Shown: one piece after another, positions 7,191 to 15,842 of the stretch
Layout: every line of letters starts with the position of its first letter
Numbering within the stretch: the first letter of the stretch is position 1
IMG/VR virus record: IMGVR_UViG_3300014541_000011
Location: 1-37,810 of that record
Direction: 5' to 3' (one strand)
Length of the DNA stretch: 37,810 nt
DNA from: a virus
Translations under genes and position numbers: made by a program
Notes under the pieces: generated by a model
Seen by the model: only the letters and a program-made list of their open reading frames with translations
What the model was told of the DNA's origin: nothing
The model's database searches: none

Positions 7191-7233
7191 TTGACATATA
7201 CACTTAAAGTGATATAATTACACTGAAAGTGAG
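7191..7233 (+). promoter_or_regulatory. Early rightward promoter (TTGACA 7191..7196, TATAAT 7213..7218) with TCACTTaAAGTGA-type operator half-palindromes at 7200..7212 and 7221..7233
   Basis: Near-consensus hexamers. Palindrome copies overlap the promoter. A third, perfect copy CTCACTTaAAGTGAG lies at 7455..7469. Confidence 0.6.
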
Positions 7234-7249
7234 AACGGAGGTGAGAATT

Positions 7250-7471
7250 ATGGTGTCTATTGACCGTAAAACCATTGGGAAAAAGCTCCGCGAGTTACGG
7301 GAACAGCGTGGAGAGTCCGTGAGTTATTTAGGCAAGAAAATAGGAGTCAGCGAGTCAACTATTTACATGTACGAGCAGGGCGAACGAATGCCCAGAGATT
7401 CCGTAAAAGTACTGCTGATAAAGCACTTTGGCATATCGTCTGACTTTTTTTTGACTCAAAATCTCACTTAA
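7250..7471 (+). CDS. Cro-like XRE-family HTH regulator (73 aa)
   Basis: GGAGGTGA RBS. HTH LGKKIGVSESTIYMYE. Confidence 0.75.
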   Translation: MVSIDRKTIGKKLRELREQRGESVSYLGKKIGVSESTIYMYEQGERMPRDSVKVLLIKHFGISSDFFLTQNLT

Positions 7472-7498
7472 AGTGAGCAAAATGAGGAGCATTTTTAA

Positions 7499-8281
7499 AT
7501 GAAAAAACTAGAAATTTTTCAAAATAAAAGTTTCGGCCGCATCAGAACACTGGCTATCAACAATGAGCCTTGGTTTGTTGGCAAGGACGTTGCTGAAATA
7601 CTCGGGTATGCAAAGCCTGAAAATGCCATTGCAAACCATGTGGATGAAGAAGACAAAACCAGTACCCTGATTCAGGGGAGTGGTTCAAATTACAAAAGCA
7701 AAGCAATCATCATCAATGAATCAGGACTCTACAGCCTGGTTCTATCCAGTAAGTTGCCGTCAGCCAAAGAGTTCAAGCGGTGGATCACCCACGAAGTCAT
7801 CCCCGCTATCCGGAAACACGGTGCCTATATGACCGAGGATACCCTTGAAAAGGCATTGACCAGCCCCGACTTCTTGATTCAGCTGGCAACTCAGCTGAAG
7901 GAAGAGAAAGAAAAGCGACTTGCTGCAGAAAAGCAAATTGAAATGGACCGACCGAAGACCATCTTCGCCGATGCGGTGAGTGTCAGTAAAGACGGCATCC
8001 TGGTAGGAGCTTTGGCCAAACTGATCCACCAGAACGGAGTGGAAATCGGGCAAAAACGCCTGTTCCAGTGGCTGCGGGATCATGGATACCTGATGAAATC
8101 CGGGGCAGACAAGAATATGCCAACTCAGAAGGCCAGGGACATGGATCTGTTCAAGGTAAAAGAACGGACCATCAACAACCCGGATGGATCAGTGAGACTG
8201 ACCAGGACAACCCTGGTGACTGGCAAAGGGCAGCAGTACTTCGTGAATAAGTTTTTGGCGGGGAGGGAATCCCATGACTGA
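7499..8281 (+). CDS. Phage antirepressor (Bro-N plus KilA-C/ANT domains)
   Basis: N-terminal FGRIRTLAINNEPWFVGKDVAEILGY is typical of Bro-N. Confidence 0.8.
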   Translation: MKKLEIFQNKSFGRIRTLAINNEPWFVGKDVAEILGYAKPENAIANHVDEEDKTSTLIQGSGSNYKSKAIIINESGLYSLVLSSKLPSAKEFKRWITHEVIPAIRKHGAYMTEDTLEKALTSPDFLIQLATQLKEEKEKRLAAEKQIEMDRPKTIFADAVSVSKDGILVGALAKLIHQNGVEIGQKRLFQWLRDHGYLMKSGADKNMPTQKARDMDLFKVKERTINNPDGSVRLTRTTLVTGKGQQYFVNKFLAGRESHD

Positions 8282-8495
8282 AGAGGGAAAAAAGAAAGAG
8301 CCCTGCAAAAGCAAGGCTCTTGTTGAAAGAAAGCTTAGCCAGGAAAGGCTAAGGAAGCTGTTGCATGTGTCGATGATCTTGACGGAAGCTTCCCAGACAG
8401 CCGACAGGGAACTTCTGGAAGCTTACCAGGAAACTTCAGAGCACCTCGACCGCTTAATAGTGGCAGAGGTTAGATGCCAAGAAAAGACATTGTAA
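8274..8495 (+). CDS. Hypothetical small protein
   Basis: ORF overlapping the antirepressor stop (ATGA). Confidence 0.4.
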   Translation: MTEEGKKKEPCKSKALVERKLSQERLRKLLHVSMILTEASQTADRELLEAYQETSEHLDRLIVAEVRCQEKTL

Positions 8496-8838
8496 CATGT
8501 TCGGCGATTGTCTTGACGATGGACAGAGACGCTTGACCGCCGACTGAAGCCAACTTTTCTTTGGTCTTTTCCCAAATTGATGCTGACCGGATGGAGTCTA
8601 CATAATCACAACCATCATTAGTCAGCCATTTCACCAGGTATTGCGGGTAGTAGTGCCCGATTGTATTGACTTCATAAGCGTCAATATATCCGGCATCTGC
8701 CAAAAGGTACAGATGGTAATCCACAATATTCTGGTCCGGCTCCAGATCCGCGAAATCGGAGCTGCTTAGAGTGGCATTTTTCTCATTGGTTTCAATACGA
8801 AGAAGAATGTTACGGATTAAATCGAGATTTCTCTTCAC
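8470..8838 (-). CDS. Hypothetical protein on the opposite strand (moron-like), likely GTG start after GGAGGTGA
   Basis: Own RBS and a TATAAT-like -10 in the divergent 8848..8904 spacer. Confidence 0.45.
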   Translation of the reverse strand: MKRNLDLIRNILLRIETNEKNATLSSSDFADLEPDQNIVDYHLYLLADAGYIDAYEVNTIGHYYPQYLVKWLTNDGCDYVDSIRSASIWEKTKEKLASVGGQASLSIVKTIAEHVTMSFLGI

Positions 8839-8904
8839 CAGGATCACCTCCTTCCGTTACCCATTATATCAGAAGGAGAGTGAAGAACAGAAAGGAGGCT
8901 AGCC

Positions 8905-9201
8905 ATGGAACCCAAAGTCATGACAGCGCAGGAGGCGGCAGAGGTCCTTAACGTGTCGCTCTCCACCATCTACAACCTGCGCGACCGCGGCACACTGCCA
9001 CAGCTTACCAAGCTCCCAGGGGTCCGTTTTGCGGCCAAGGATGTAATGGACATTGTCGGCGTTAATTCATACTTTTATACGCCAGCCAGAATGAAAGAGC
9101 TGCAGAGAGAGTTGGACCGTAAGGACGCCAGGATTAAGACATTGGAAGCGCTGCTCCGAGGAGCAGCATCGACAATCTTAGACGGACTAAAAGGAGGGTA
9201 A
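8905..9201 (+). CDS. HTH DNA-binding protein (excisionase/MerR-like HTH_17)
   Basis: AAAGGAGG RBS. AAEVLNVSLSTIYNLRDRGTLP HTH. Confidence 0.55.
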   Translation: MEPKVMTAQEAAEVLNVSLSTIYNLRDRGTLPQLTKLPGVRFAAKDVMDIVGVNSYFYTPARMKELQRELDRKDARIKTLEALLRGAASTILDGLKGG

Positions 9202-9205
9202 AAAA

Positions 9206-9499
9206 ATGAGAACAAGAAGGAAAGTCGGCATCATTGCAACGGCACTTATTACTGCAGGCGTCCTGACCGCAGGCGCGATATGGCGAGAGCGGACCAAACC
9301 AGAACCTACCGACTATTTGACATTTGAGCATACGGTCCACACAGGTGACAGCCTCTGGAGCCTCTGCGAGCGGTATGGTGGCTATGAGGACATCCAGACC
9401 ATCATTATGCGGGTGCGGGAGGACAATGGAATCAAAGAGCCAGGGGCACTGCAGCCAGGACAGAAAATCAAGGTCAGAGTCAGAAAGGGGAATCGGTGA
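9206..9499 (+). CDS. LysM-domain protein with N-terminal membrane anchor
   Basis: TM IIATALITAGVLTAGAI. LysM-like HTVHTGDSLWSLCERYG...PGQKIKV. Confidence 0.6.
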   Translation: MRTRRKVGIIATALITAGVLTAGAIWRERTKPEPTDYLTFEHTVHTGDSLWSLCERYGGYEDIQTIIMRVREDNGIKEPGALQPGQKIKVRVRKGNR

Positions 9500-9813
9500 T
9501 GATTGATACTGACTGCAGCGTATGCCCTTTTGCTGCTAAATGCCCGAAGCAAGACAACCCCGAAAGAATCCCATGGAGTCAAGGTGGATTGGGGCTATGT
9601 CCCAAAGTTGAAATCGGATGGGCGCAACCAACCTGCAAAGTCTGCCATTTCGCTGGCAAGGTCGGAAGTCGGGGCGGGGCAAAAATCCGACACTGCCGAA
9701 CCTGCATGTTGCTTCCCGATGAGCCGATTGTACAGAACATTAAAGGGCGCAAGAAAAACTGCCCATTTATGGAACGAGTAATAAAGGAAAGAGCTTTAGA
9801 CGACGTGTTTTGA
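9499..9813 (+). CDS. Cys-rich putative zinc-binding protein
   Basis: Multiple CxxC pairs (CSVC, CKVC, CRTC). Confidence 0.4.
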   Translation: MIDTDCSVCPFAAKCPKQDNPERIPWSQGGLGLCPKVEIGWAQPTCKVCHFAGKVGSRGGAKIRHCRTCMLLPDEPIVQNIKGRKKNCPFMERVIKERALDDVF

Positions 9814-9841
9814 CTTGTCAAAAACGACCGATTTTGACAAG
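9806..9841. promoter_or_regulatory. Cluster of TTTTGAC half-sites in alternating orientation (TTTTGACttGTCAAAA and CTTGTCAAAA-n8-TTTTGACAAG)
   Basis: Perfect 10-bp inverted repeat inside a 150-bp non-coding gap. Confidence 0.5.
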
Positions 9842-9968
9842 AAATTAGTGAAATGTCTTTAGAGATTTACTCAACATTTTAGAAAAATGAGGAAAGACTA
9901 GTGCTAGATTCACTTTGCTTTTTGATTGTTTTAGGCATTTGTGTCGTAAGGATAAGGAGATGAAAAAG

Positions 9969-10337
9969 ATGCCATATTATAAGCCTCACATAGCAACATG
10001 GTTTGGCAGATTTAGGCCATCAAGATTTGTGTATGACTGGAGAACTAAAATCGATCACAATTACTTTTACTTCGAAAACGGATATGGCGCCAGTGTGGTC
10101 CAAGGTCCGTTCACATACGGCGGGCGTGATGGAATGTGGGAGCTGGCTGTGCTTGAAAAGACCATCCACGACTGGCAGTTTGCGGACGGAAATCCGCTTG
10201 GCAGTGAAGTTATTGGCCATCTCACAGAGGTGGAAGTCGAAGAGTTGTTGGAAAAAACTGAAAAAATGCCAGCTAGTGAAAAAGAAAAGGAGAGAAAAAA
10301 ATGCATATTACGGAAGACCAAGCAGTCCAGGCGTTGA
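9969..10337 (+). CDS. Hypothetical protein
   Basis: AGGAG RBS upstream of the second ATG. Overlaps the next gene. Confidence 0.4.
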   Translation: MPYYKPHIATWFGRFRPSRFVYDWRTKIDHNYFYFENGYGASVVQGPFTYGGRDGMWELAVLEKTIHDWQFADGNPLGSEVIGHLTEVEVEELLEKTEKMPASEKEKERKKCILRKTKQSRR

Positions 10338-10714
10338 TCACGCTGATTGGCTATTACCGTCAAGAAGAAATTTCGCAAGAGAATCCTTGCGAAAGTAAGG
10401 TCAACTCCATCCCCCAGATGGCCGTTGAGCGCATGGCTCAGATGAACGTCGAGGACCGGGTTAGCTCAGATCCCGTCTATCATCCTAGTCACTATTCTTG
10501 GAGAGGCGGCATGGAAGCCGCAGACATTGCGGCGGAGATGACAAGAGGCGCAGAAGGAGTGGAAGCTTACTGGATTGGCTGCACCATAAAATATCTTTAC
10601 CGATATCCAAAAAAGAACGGGCTCCAGGACATCGACAAGGCAATTGAGTGTCTGAAGCTTCTCAGAAAAGTCATGTCAAAAAAGGTGCAGAAAAATGCAA
10701 ACCCGTTGGAGTGA
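10301..10714 (+). CDS. DUF3310-family phage protein
   Basis: HPSHY...AYWIGCTIKYLYRY pattern typical of DUF3310. Confidence 0.5.
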   Translation: MHITEDQAVQALITLIGYYRQEEISQENPCESKVNSIPQMAVERMAQMNVEDRVSSDPVYHPSHYSWRGGMEAADIAAEMTRGAEGVEAYWIGCTIKYLYRYPKKNGLQDIDKAIECLKLLRKVMSKKVQKNANPLE

Positions 10715-11189
10715 GTGGCAGGAACTGGTCCTGACGGCCCGCCTCATTGCCCTAGACCACCTGAAGCACCTTGAAAAGGACCCCGAAGACAGAGACGCTA
10801 TCAGCTATTTTCACGGTTTGGAGTTTAAGAGGTGGTTTTCCAATCCCGCCAATGAGCCAATTGATGCCGTGACCATCTGGCACAGAAAACCGATAGCAGT
10901 GGCCAAGTCCTTGAGACTGGTCAGTGAGCCGCCACCGTTTGCTGAATTGCCTAAACCGACTCGGCACTGTAAGGCGTGTGGACGAGAGGTGCCACGCGGC
11001 AAAAATTACTGTGATGAGTGCAAAATTAAGCGCTACAGGGCCTATGAGACAAGACGGGCACTAAAACGTAAGGAAGCCCGCAGAAAGAGGCGGGAAGAAG
11101 CAAAAAAGGCATTAATTGATCAGCTAACCACACTCCGATCGGCAACGAGAAAACTGACAAAAATGATTGAAAAGCTAAAAAAAGAATGA
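10695..11189 (+). CDS. Hypothetical protein with zinc-ribbon (CKACG...CDEC) and basic tail
   Basis: ORF with RBS and a CxxC...CxxC motif. Confidence 0.4.
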   Translation: MQTRWSEWQELVLTARLIALDHLKHLEKDPEDRDAISYFHGLEFKRWFSNPANEPIDAVTIWHRKPIAVAKSLRLVSEPPPFAELPKPTRHCKACGREVPRGKNYCDECKIKRYRAYETRRALKRKEARRKRREEAKKALIDQLTTLRSATRKLTKMIEKLKKE

Positions 11190-11270
11190 GGCCTCCGCGC
11201 TGCAACGCAAAGACCTCGGGTGAACCTTTAGGACAGGTTTCACCCCATTATAACATGGGAGGAATGGGAA

Positions 11271-11450
11271 ATGAAAAGACCGAAGAAATTTCGCAGTTTC
11301 ATGTTCCAACTTTTTAAAAATGTGACACTGACCAACCTTTGCACTGCTCTGAGGTTGGCAGAAATTAACGAAGAAGAAACTCCTGAGTATGTCTACTGGC
11401 TCTATCGGATCATCGATGCCGAGGAGCTGCCAGATGAGGAGGAAAAATAA
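11271..11450 (+). CDS. Small acidic protein (59 aa)
   Basis: GGGAGG RBS. Stop overlaps the ATPase start (TAATG). Confidence 0.35.
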   Translation: MKRPKKFRSFMFQLFKNVTLTNLCTALRLAEINEEETPEYVYWLYRIIDAEELPDEEEK

Positions 11451-13411
11451 TGAAACTGATTACATTAACTCTCGAAAACTTTAAGGGCATCCAATCCTTT
11501 AGCCTGGATGCTGAAGGCCAAAATGCCGAAGTCTACGGCAGCAATGGATGCGGAAAATCAACCCTCTTTGATGCTTTTACTTGGCTCCTTTTCGGCAAGA
11601 ACAGCCATGATGAAAAGGACTTTGGAATCAAGACCTTGGACGAGAATGGTGAGGTCATCCCCCGTATCGATCACAAGGTCACGGCCGTGATTGAGCACGA
11701 TGGACGGCAGATTGAGCTGACGAGGACATACAAGGAAAAATGGCGCAAGCAGCGGGGCGCCGCTGAAGCTGTCATGGTTGGAAATACGACTGAATATGCC
11801 TATGGCCCAGTCGGGGCCGCGACGCCCATCAGCGCGGGCGAATATGCCAAGGCCATTAACGGTCTCATCGATGAAAAGATCTTTAAGCTCATTACGGATC
11901 CCCTTTATTTCAACGAACGCCTGTCTTGGCAGGAGCGCCGTCAGCTCCTGATGCAGCTCTGTGGCGACGTGACGGACGATGAAATCGTCAAGGCCAATGC
12001 GGACCTGGAGGAGGTCCTTAATCTGGCAGCAGGCCGTGACCTTGAAACCACGAAAAAAGGCGTCAGGGCCGCGATTAGAGCCACGAAAAAGGAGAAGGAT
12101 GAAATCGGTCCCCGAATGGACGAATGTCGGAAGAGCCTGGTCGATATTAATCTTGCGAGTCTTGACGACGCCAGGATTGACGTCAAGACGATCCCAGAAA
12201 AGATCGAAGCCCTGAGGCAAGAAAAGATGGCCAAGTCCTCCATGGACCAGAAGGTCAAAGCCCAGGAAGAACTGGCGACGATTAAGGCTAAGATTGTGGC
12301 GCTTAAATCGGCCAGGGAAACGGCCTATCAAGAACGGATGCGGGATTTGATGAATAAGGAAATGGAAGCGCAGAAATCGGCATCGGAGCAAAAGGAAATC
12401 TGTGATGGCCTTTGGGCGCAGCATGCTGCATTTCGCAATGAAATTGACCGCATCAACAAGAACTTGGATGGCCTCAGAAATCACTTTAGAGAGGTTTTTT
12501 CTAAAGTCTTTAATAAACCCCCTATCGACACGATTTGTCCCACCTGTGGCCAAAATCTGCCGCCAGAGAGGGTGGAAAAAGCTAAGGCGGCTATGGAAAA
12601 AGACGAAGCTGATTTTAAACAGCAAAGAGCAGAATTGTTGAAGAAAATCCGCGAAGAAGGCAAGGCCAAGAAGGCTGACCTGGAATCCAAGCAAAAGGAG
12701 CTGGCAGACCTTGAAACGAAGGCCAAGGAGGCAGACGAGAACCTTATCGTTCGGCAAGATTTTAGGGATGAATTTGCCACTCGGGCCAAGCTCCTCAAAG
12801 TCGCAGACCCAAGCGAAGAAGAGGTCCGCCTCATTCAGCGGGCCATGGACATCAAAGCGCACATGGACCAGCCTAAGGAAGATCCTAGCCTGGCCCAATA
12901 TGACCAGAAAATTGCAAAGCTCACTGCCAAGCTTGATGCAGCCAAGACCATCATCACTGCAGCTGACCGCAACAATCAGCTTAATGCACGCATTGGCGAG
13001 CTGCTAAAGGAAGAAAAGGCCCTTTCCGAGCATCTGATTAATCTGGAGCGACAGCTTTATCTCTGCGAAACGTTCGTGCGCGAAAAAACGGACCGCTTAA
13101 GTGCAAAACTGACAGAGAAGATTCCGAATGTGAATTTTATTATGTTTAAACCTAACGTCACGAACGAGGGTATTGAAGAATGTTGCGAGACCAGCTATCA
13201 CGGCATCCCATATAAGGACCTCAACACGGGCGCAAGGATTAATGTGGGACTTGAAATCATCAAAGCCCTGACGGACGAATATCATGTGACAGCCCCGATT
13301 TTTATTGATAACGCCGAAAGCGTCGTCAAACTGGTCGACATGCCGAGCCAGATGATTAGACTCGTGGTTAGTGAAAATGACAAGACTTTGAGAGTGGAAA
13401 AGGAGAATTGA
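11450..13411 (+). CDS. SMC/SbcC-like AAA ATPase with long coiled coil (recombination/replication-associated)
   Basis: N-terminal Walker A GSNGCGKST. Extensive coiled-coil middle region. Immediately upstream of RecT. Confidence 0.75.
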   Translation: MKLITLTLENFKGIQSFSLDAEGQNAEVYGSNGCGKSTLFDAFTWLLFGKNSHDEKDFGIKTLDENGEVIPRIDHKVTAVIEHDGRQIELTRTYKEKWRKQRGAAEAVMVGNTTEYAYGPVGAATPISAGEYAKAINGLIDEKIFKLITDPLYFNERLSWQERRQLLMQLCGDVTDDEIVKANADLEEVLNLAAGRDLETTKKGVRAAIRATKKEKDEIGPRMDECRKSLVDINLASLDDARIDVKTIPEKIEALRQEKMAKSSMDQKVKAQEELATIKAKIVALKSARETAYQERMRDLMNKEMEAQKSASEQKEICDGLWAQHAAFRNEIDRINKNLDGLRNHFREVFSKVFNKPPIDTICPTCGQNLPPERVEKAKAAMEKDEADFKQQRAELLKKIREEGKAKKADLESKQKELADLETKAKEADENLIVRQDFRDEFATRAKLLKVADPSEEEVRLIQRAMDIKAHMDQPKEDPSLAQYDQKIAKLTAKLDAAKTIITAADRNNQLNARIGELLKEEKALSEHLINLERQLYLCETFVREKTDRLSAKLTEKIPNVNFIMFKPNVTNEGIEECCETSYHGIPYKDLNTGARINVGLEIIKALTDEYHVTAPIFIDNAESVVKLVDMPSQMIRLVVSENDKTLRVEKEN

Positions 13412-13412
13412 A

Positions 13413-14333
13413 ATGACTAAAGCACTGACAACTAACGTATCGGAAAATTTCGTGAAGAAGATGCTCTCGGAAATCGCTTTCCCAGTGACTGACGAGCAGA
13501 AAGACCTCATCCAGGGCTATTTTATCCAAATGGATAAGTTTCTGACCGACAACGGCATCGCCTGGAAAGATGTCATTGTCGACTACAAGCTGGCTCAAGA
13601 CCTTATGGTCTGCGCACAAATCGGCTTTGATATGCGCTCTGAAGCCATGCTCTACCCCGTCGCCAGAAAGGACGGGAAGGCGGGAGGAAAATACCGGTTC
13701 TCCGTCCAGAAGGGCTACAAGGGCCGCATCTTCGAGGCCACGAAATATGCTGTTGGGAAAATCGTTGACATTGATGCTCATCTTGTCTACGAAAATGACC
13801 AATTCACGCCTCATTTCAAGGATGCGAATCATCCCTTTGACACCTTTGAATTTAATCCTCCTAAAAATGTTTTTGTCGACAGGGGCAAGCTGGTCGGTGG
13901 CTTTGCTTATATCACCTATGAAAATCAACTCCAAAATAAGCTGGTCGTCATGTCCAAGGCCGACATCGACAAAAGAAAAAATACCGCTGCAGCCAAAGCT
14001 ATCTGGAATGCCTGGTACGAAGAGATGGCCATGAAGACGCTCTATATTGCTGCAGCCAAGGCCGTCCCCAAAGACCCCTCCAAGATTGATAGCACTTACC
14101 GTGCGTCTCAGCTCCTTGACCAAGCCCAAGGCGACGAAGACATCAAGGCTGGCATCATTGAGGCGCAAAAAGCAGCGGAAGTTGTAGATCTCTCGGAGCC
14201 TGTCACAGCACTCCCCGAATCCACAACTGTGGACATGCCTGTGCACATGGCCATGCCTCAAGAGCCTGAAAAGGTTACTGTAAGCCAGCCAGCTGCAGAC
14301 CCTGCGCAGGAAATTATGGAGATGGATTTCTGA
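13413..14333 (+). CDS. recT: RecT-family single-strand annealing protein
   Basis: Size and conserved core (GYKGRIFEATKYAVGKI...). Placed between the ATPase and the MBL hydrolase as in many Bacillota phages. Confidence 0.7.
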   Translation: MTKALTTNVSENFVKKMLSEIAFPVTDEQKDLIQGYFIQMDKFLTDNGIAWKDVIVDYKLAQDLMVCAQIGFDMRSEAMLYPVARKDGKAGGKYRFSVQKGYKGRIFEATKYAVGKIVDIDAHLVYENDQFTPHFKDANHPFDTFEFNPPKNVFVDRGKLVGGFAYITYENQLQNKLVVMSKADIDKRKNTAAAKAIWNAWYEEMAMKTLYIAAAKAVPKDPSKIDSTYRASQLLDQAQGDEDIKAGIIEAQKAAEVVDLSEPVTALPESTTVDMPVHMAMPQEPEKVTVSQPAADPAQEIMEMDF

Positions 14334-15070
14334 TGGAGATTAAGACGATTGCAACCGGAAGCAGTGGGAACTGCTATGTCCTGACGGCGCCGAACGGGGA
14401 CCAGCTGCTGCTGGAATGTGGCATCCCCTGGAAGCGCATTGCCATGGGCATGAAATGGGATTTTTCGAGGCTCCAGGGCTGCGTGATTAGCCATGAGCAT
14501 ATGGACCATGCTAGGGCAGCGATTCACCTTTTAAGCCGGATGATTCCGGTTTTTGCAAGCGGCGGGACCCTTGCAGCCATTGGATGCGGAGATGCCTTAT
14601 CGGCGTATCCTCTTCATTCTAACGATGAGGACGGGATTAAGCACGTTGTCCGTGCAGGCGCCTTCACAATCATCCCCTTCTCGGCCATCCACGATGCAGC
14701 AGATCCACTGATGTTTGTCATCAAGGATAGCGTCGATACGCTCCTTTTTGCCACGGACACGCAATATATGCCCAGGACATTTTCAGGACTCACCAAGATC
14801 ATGATCGAGGCCAACTATGATCAAAAAATCATGGACGATAATTTTGTCCAAAACGGCGATGTGGGACCACGGCGGAAACGGGTCATGAAAACTCACATGA
14901 GCATCGAGACCCTGGAATATTGGCTGAGGAAATGCGAGGAGAGCTATCTTTTTTCCGAGCTCAAAGAAATCCGCCTCATCCATCTGTCAAGCCAAAATTC
15001 CGATATGAGGGAATTTCAAGACAGAATTGAGAGAGCTATCGGAGTGCCAGTATTCATCGAAGGCAGGTGA
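14333..15070 (+). CDS. MBL-fold metallo-hydrolase
   Basis: HxHxDH motif (ISHEHMDHA). Confidence 0.7.
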   Translation: MEIKTIATGSSGNCYVLTAPNGDQLLLECGIPWKRIAMGMKWDFSRLQGCVISHEHMDHARAAIHLLSRMIPVFASGGTLAAIGCGDALSAYPLHSNDEDGIKHVVRAGAFTIIPFSAIHDAADPLMFVIKDSVDTLLFATDTQYMPRTFSGLTKIMIEANYDQKIMDDNFVQNGDVGPRRKRVMKTHMSIETLEYWLRKCEESYLFSELKEIRLIHLSSQNSDMREFQDRIERAIGVPVFIEGR

Positions 15071-15075
15071 TTCGG

Positions 15076-15831
15076 ATGGGCAAGGAAGAGGGGTTTGTTA
15101 GGCTATACCGATCCCTTATCGATGATCCGATATGGCTCAATTCGACACCAGCACAGAAAACAGTGCTCATCACGCTTCTCTGCATGGTGACCTGGAAACC
15201 TAGGCAATGGGACGTTTTGGGCAAGCCATTTGTCTTGCAGCCTGGTCAATGCTTCACTTCTTTGTCCAAACTCGCCAAAAAAGCCGGCAAGGGAATAACG
15301 GTGGACGTCGTAAGAAAAGCGCTTCAGCGTTTTGAAAATCTCGGTTTTAGCACAATGAAGAGTACAAAGCGAGGAAGGCTCATAACCATAGAGAAATGGC
15401 GGGTCTACCAACTTGACGACGAAGAGGAGACCAAAGAGGAGACCAAAGCGAGACCAAAGCGAGACCAAAGCGAGACCAAAGCGAGACCAAAGCGAGACCA
15501 AACCAATAAACAAGAAAGTAATAAAGTAATAAGGGAAGAAAGTAATAATAACCCCCTAGGGGGGATCATTGAAAACTACACCTCAAATCCTGCCCTTATC
15601 TCCGCCCTGGAAGATTGGGTGGAGTCCAGAAAGGCATCGAGGAGACCGACAACCAAAAGGGCTGTCGAGATCAACCTCAGGAAGCTGGATCAATGGGCTC
15701 CGAATGACGATGAACAAAAAATAGCAATTGTCGAAGAGACAATTGCACTAGGACTTGCTGCATTCGTGCAACCAAAAGAGAAGGTCGAAAAAATCAAGAC
15801 GGAGCCCAAGGATATGGGCATCCCGTGCTAG
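15076..15831 (+). CDS. DnaD-like replication initiator / phage replisome organiser (contains internal origin-like repeats)
   Basis: N-terminal FVRLYRSLIDDPIW... (phage_rep_org_N-like). Internal iterons. Confidence 0.65.
   Translation: MGKEEGFVRLYRSLIDDPIWLNSTPAQKTVLITLLCMVTWKPRQWDVLGKPFVLQPGQCFTSLSKLAKKAGKGITVDVVRKALQRFENLGFSTMKSTKRGRLITIEKWRVYQLDDEEETKEETKARPKRDQSETKARPKRDQTNKQESNKVIREESNNNPLGGIIENYTSNPALISALEDWVESRKASRRPTTKRAVEINLRKLDQWAPNDDEQKIAIVEETIALGLAAFVQPKEKVEKIKTEPKDMGIPC
15424..15502. repeat. Tandem iterons: 2 x GAGGAGACCAAA then 5 x GCGAGACCAAA, followed by AT-rich AGTAATAA repeats and palindrome CCCCCTAGGGGG (15552..15563)
   Basis: Read directly from the sequence. Located inside the initiator gene. 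Confidence 0.8.
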
Positions 15832-15842
15832 GAGGGAAGACT

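Noticed and set aside
9834-9862. TTGACA at 9834..9839 as a promoter for the next operon
   Set aside because: The -10 candidate CTTTAG is poor. The TTGACA is better explained as part of the TTTTGAC palindromic half-site cluster.
11558-12898. 446-aa minus-strand ORF antisense to the SMC-like ATPase gene. Similar long antisense ORFs at 13368..14261, 21710..22687, 25899..27278, 27467..28342 and 29030..29863.
   Set aside because: They lie entirely inside well-supported + strand genes that have RBSs and recognisable motifs. Their composition is low-complexity, reflecting antisense strands of GC-balanced coding DNA. No RBS or independent support.
15424-15502. Possible CRISPR array
   Set aside because: Repeats are contiguous 11-12-mers without spacers and lie in frame inside a replication initiator gene. 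This is an iteron and origin signature, not CRISPR.
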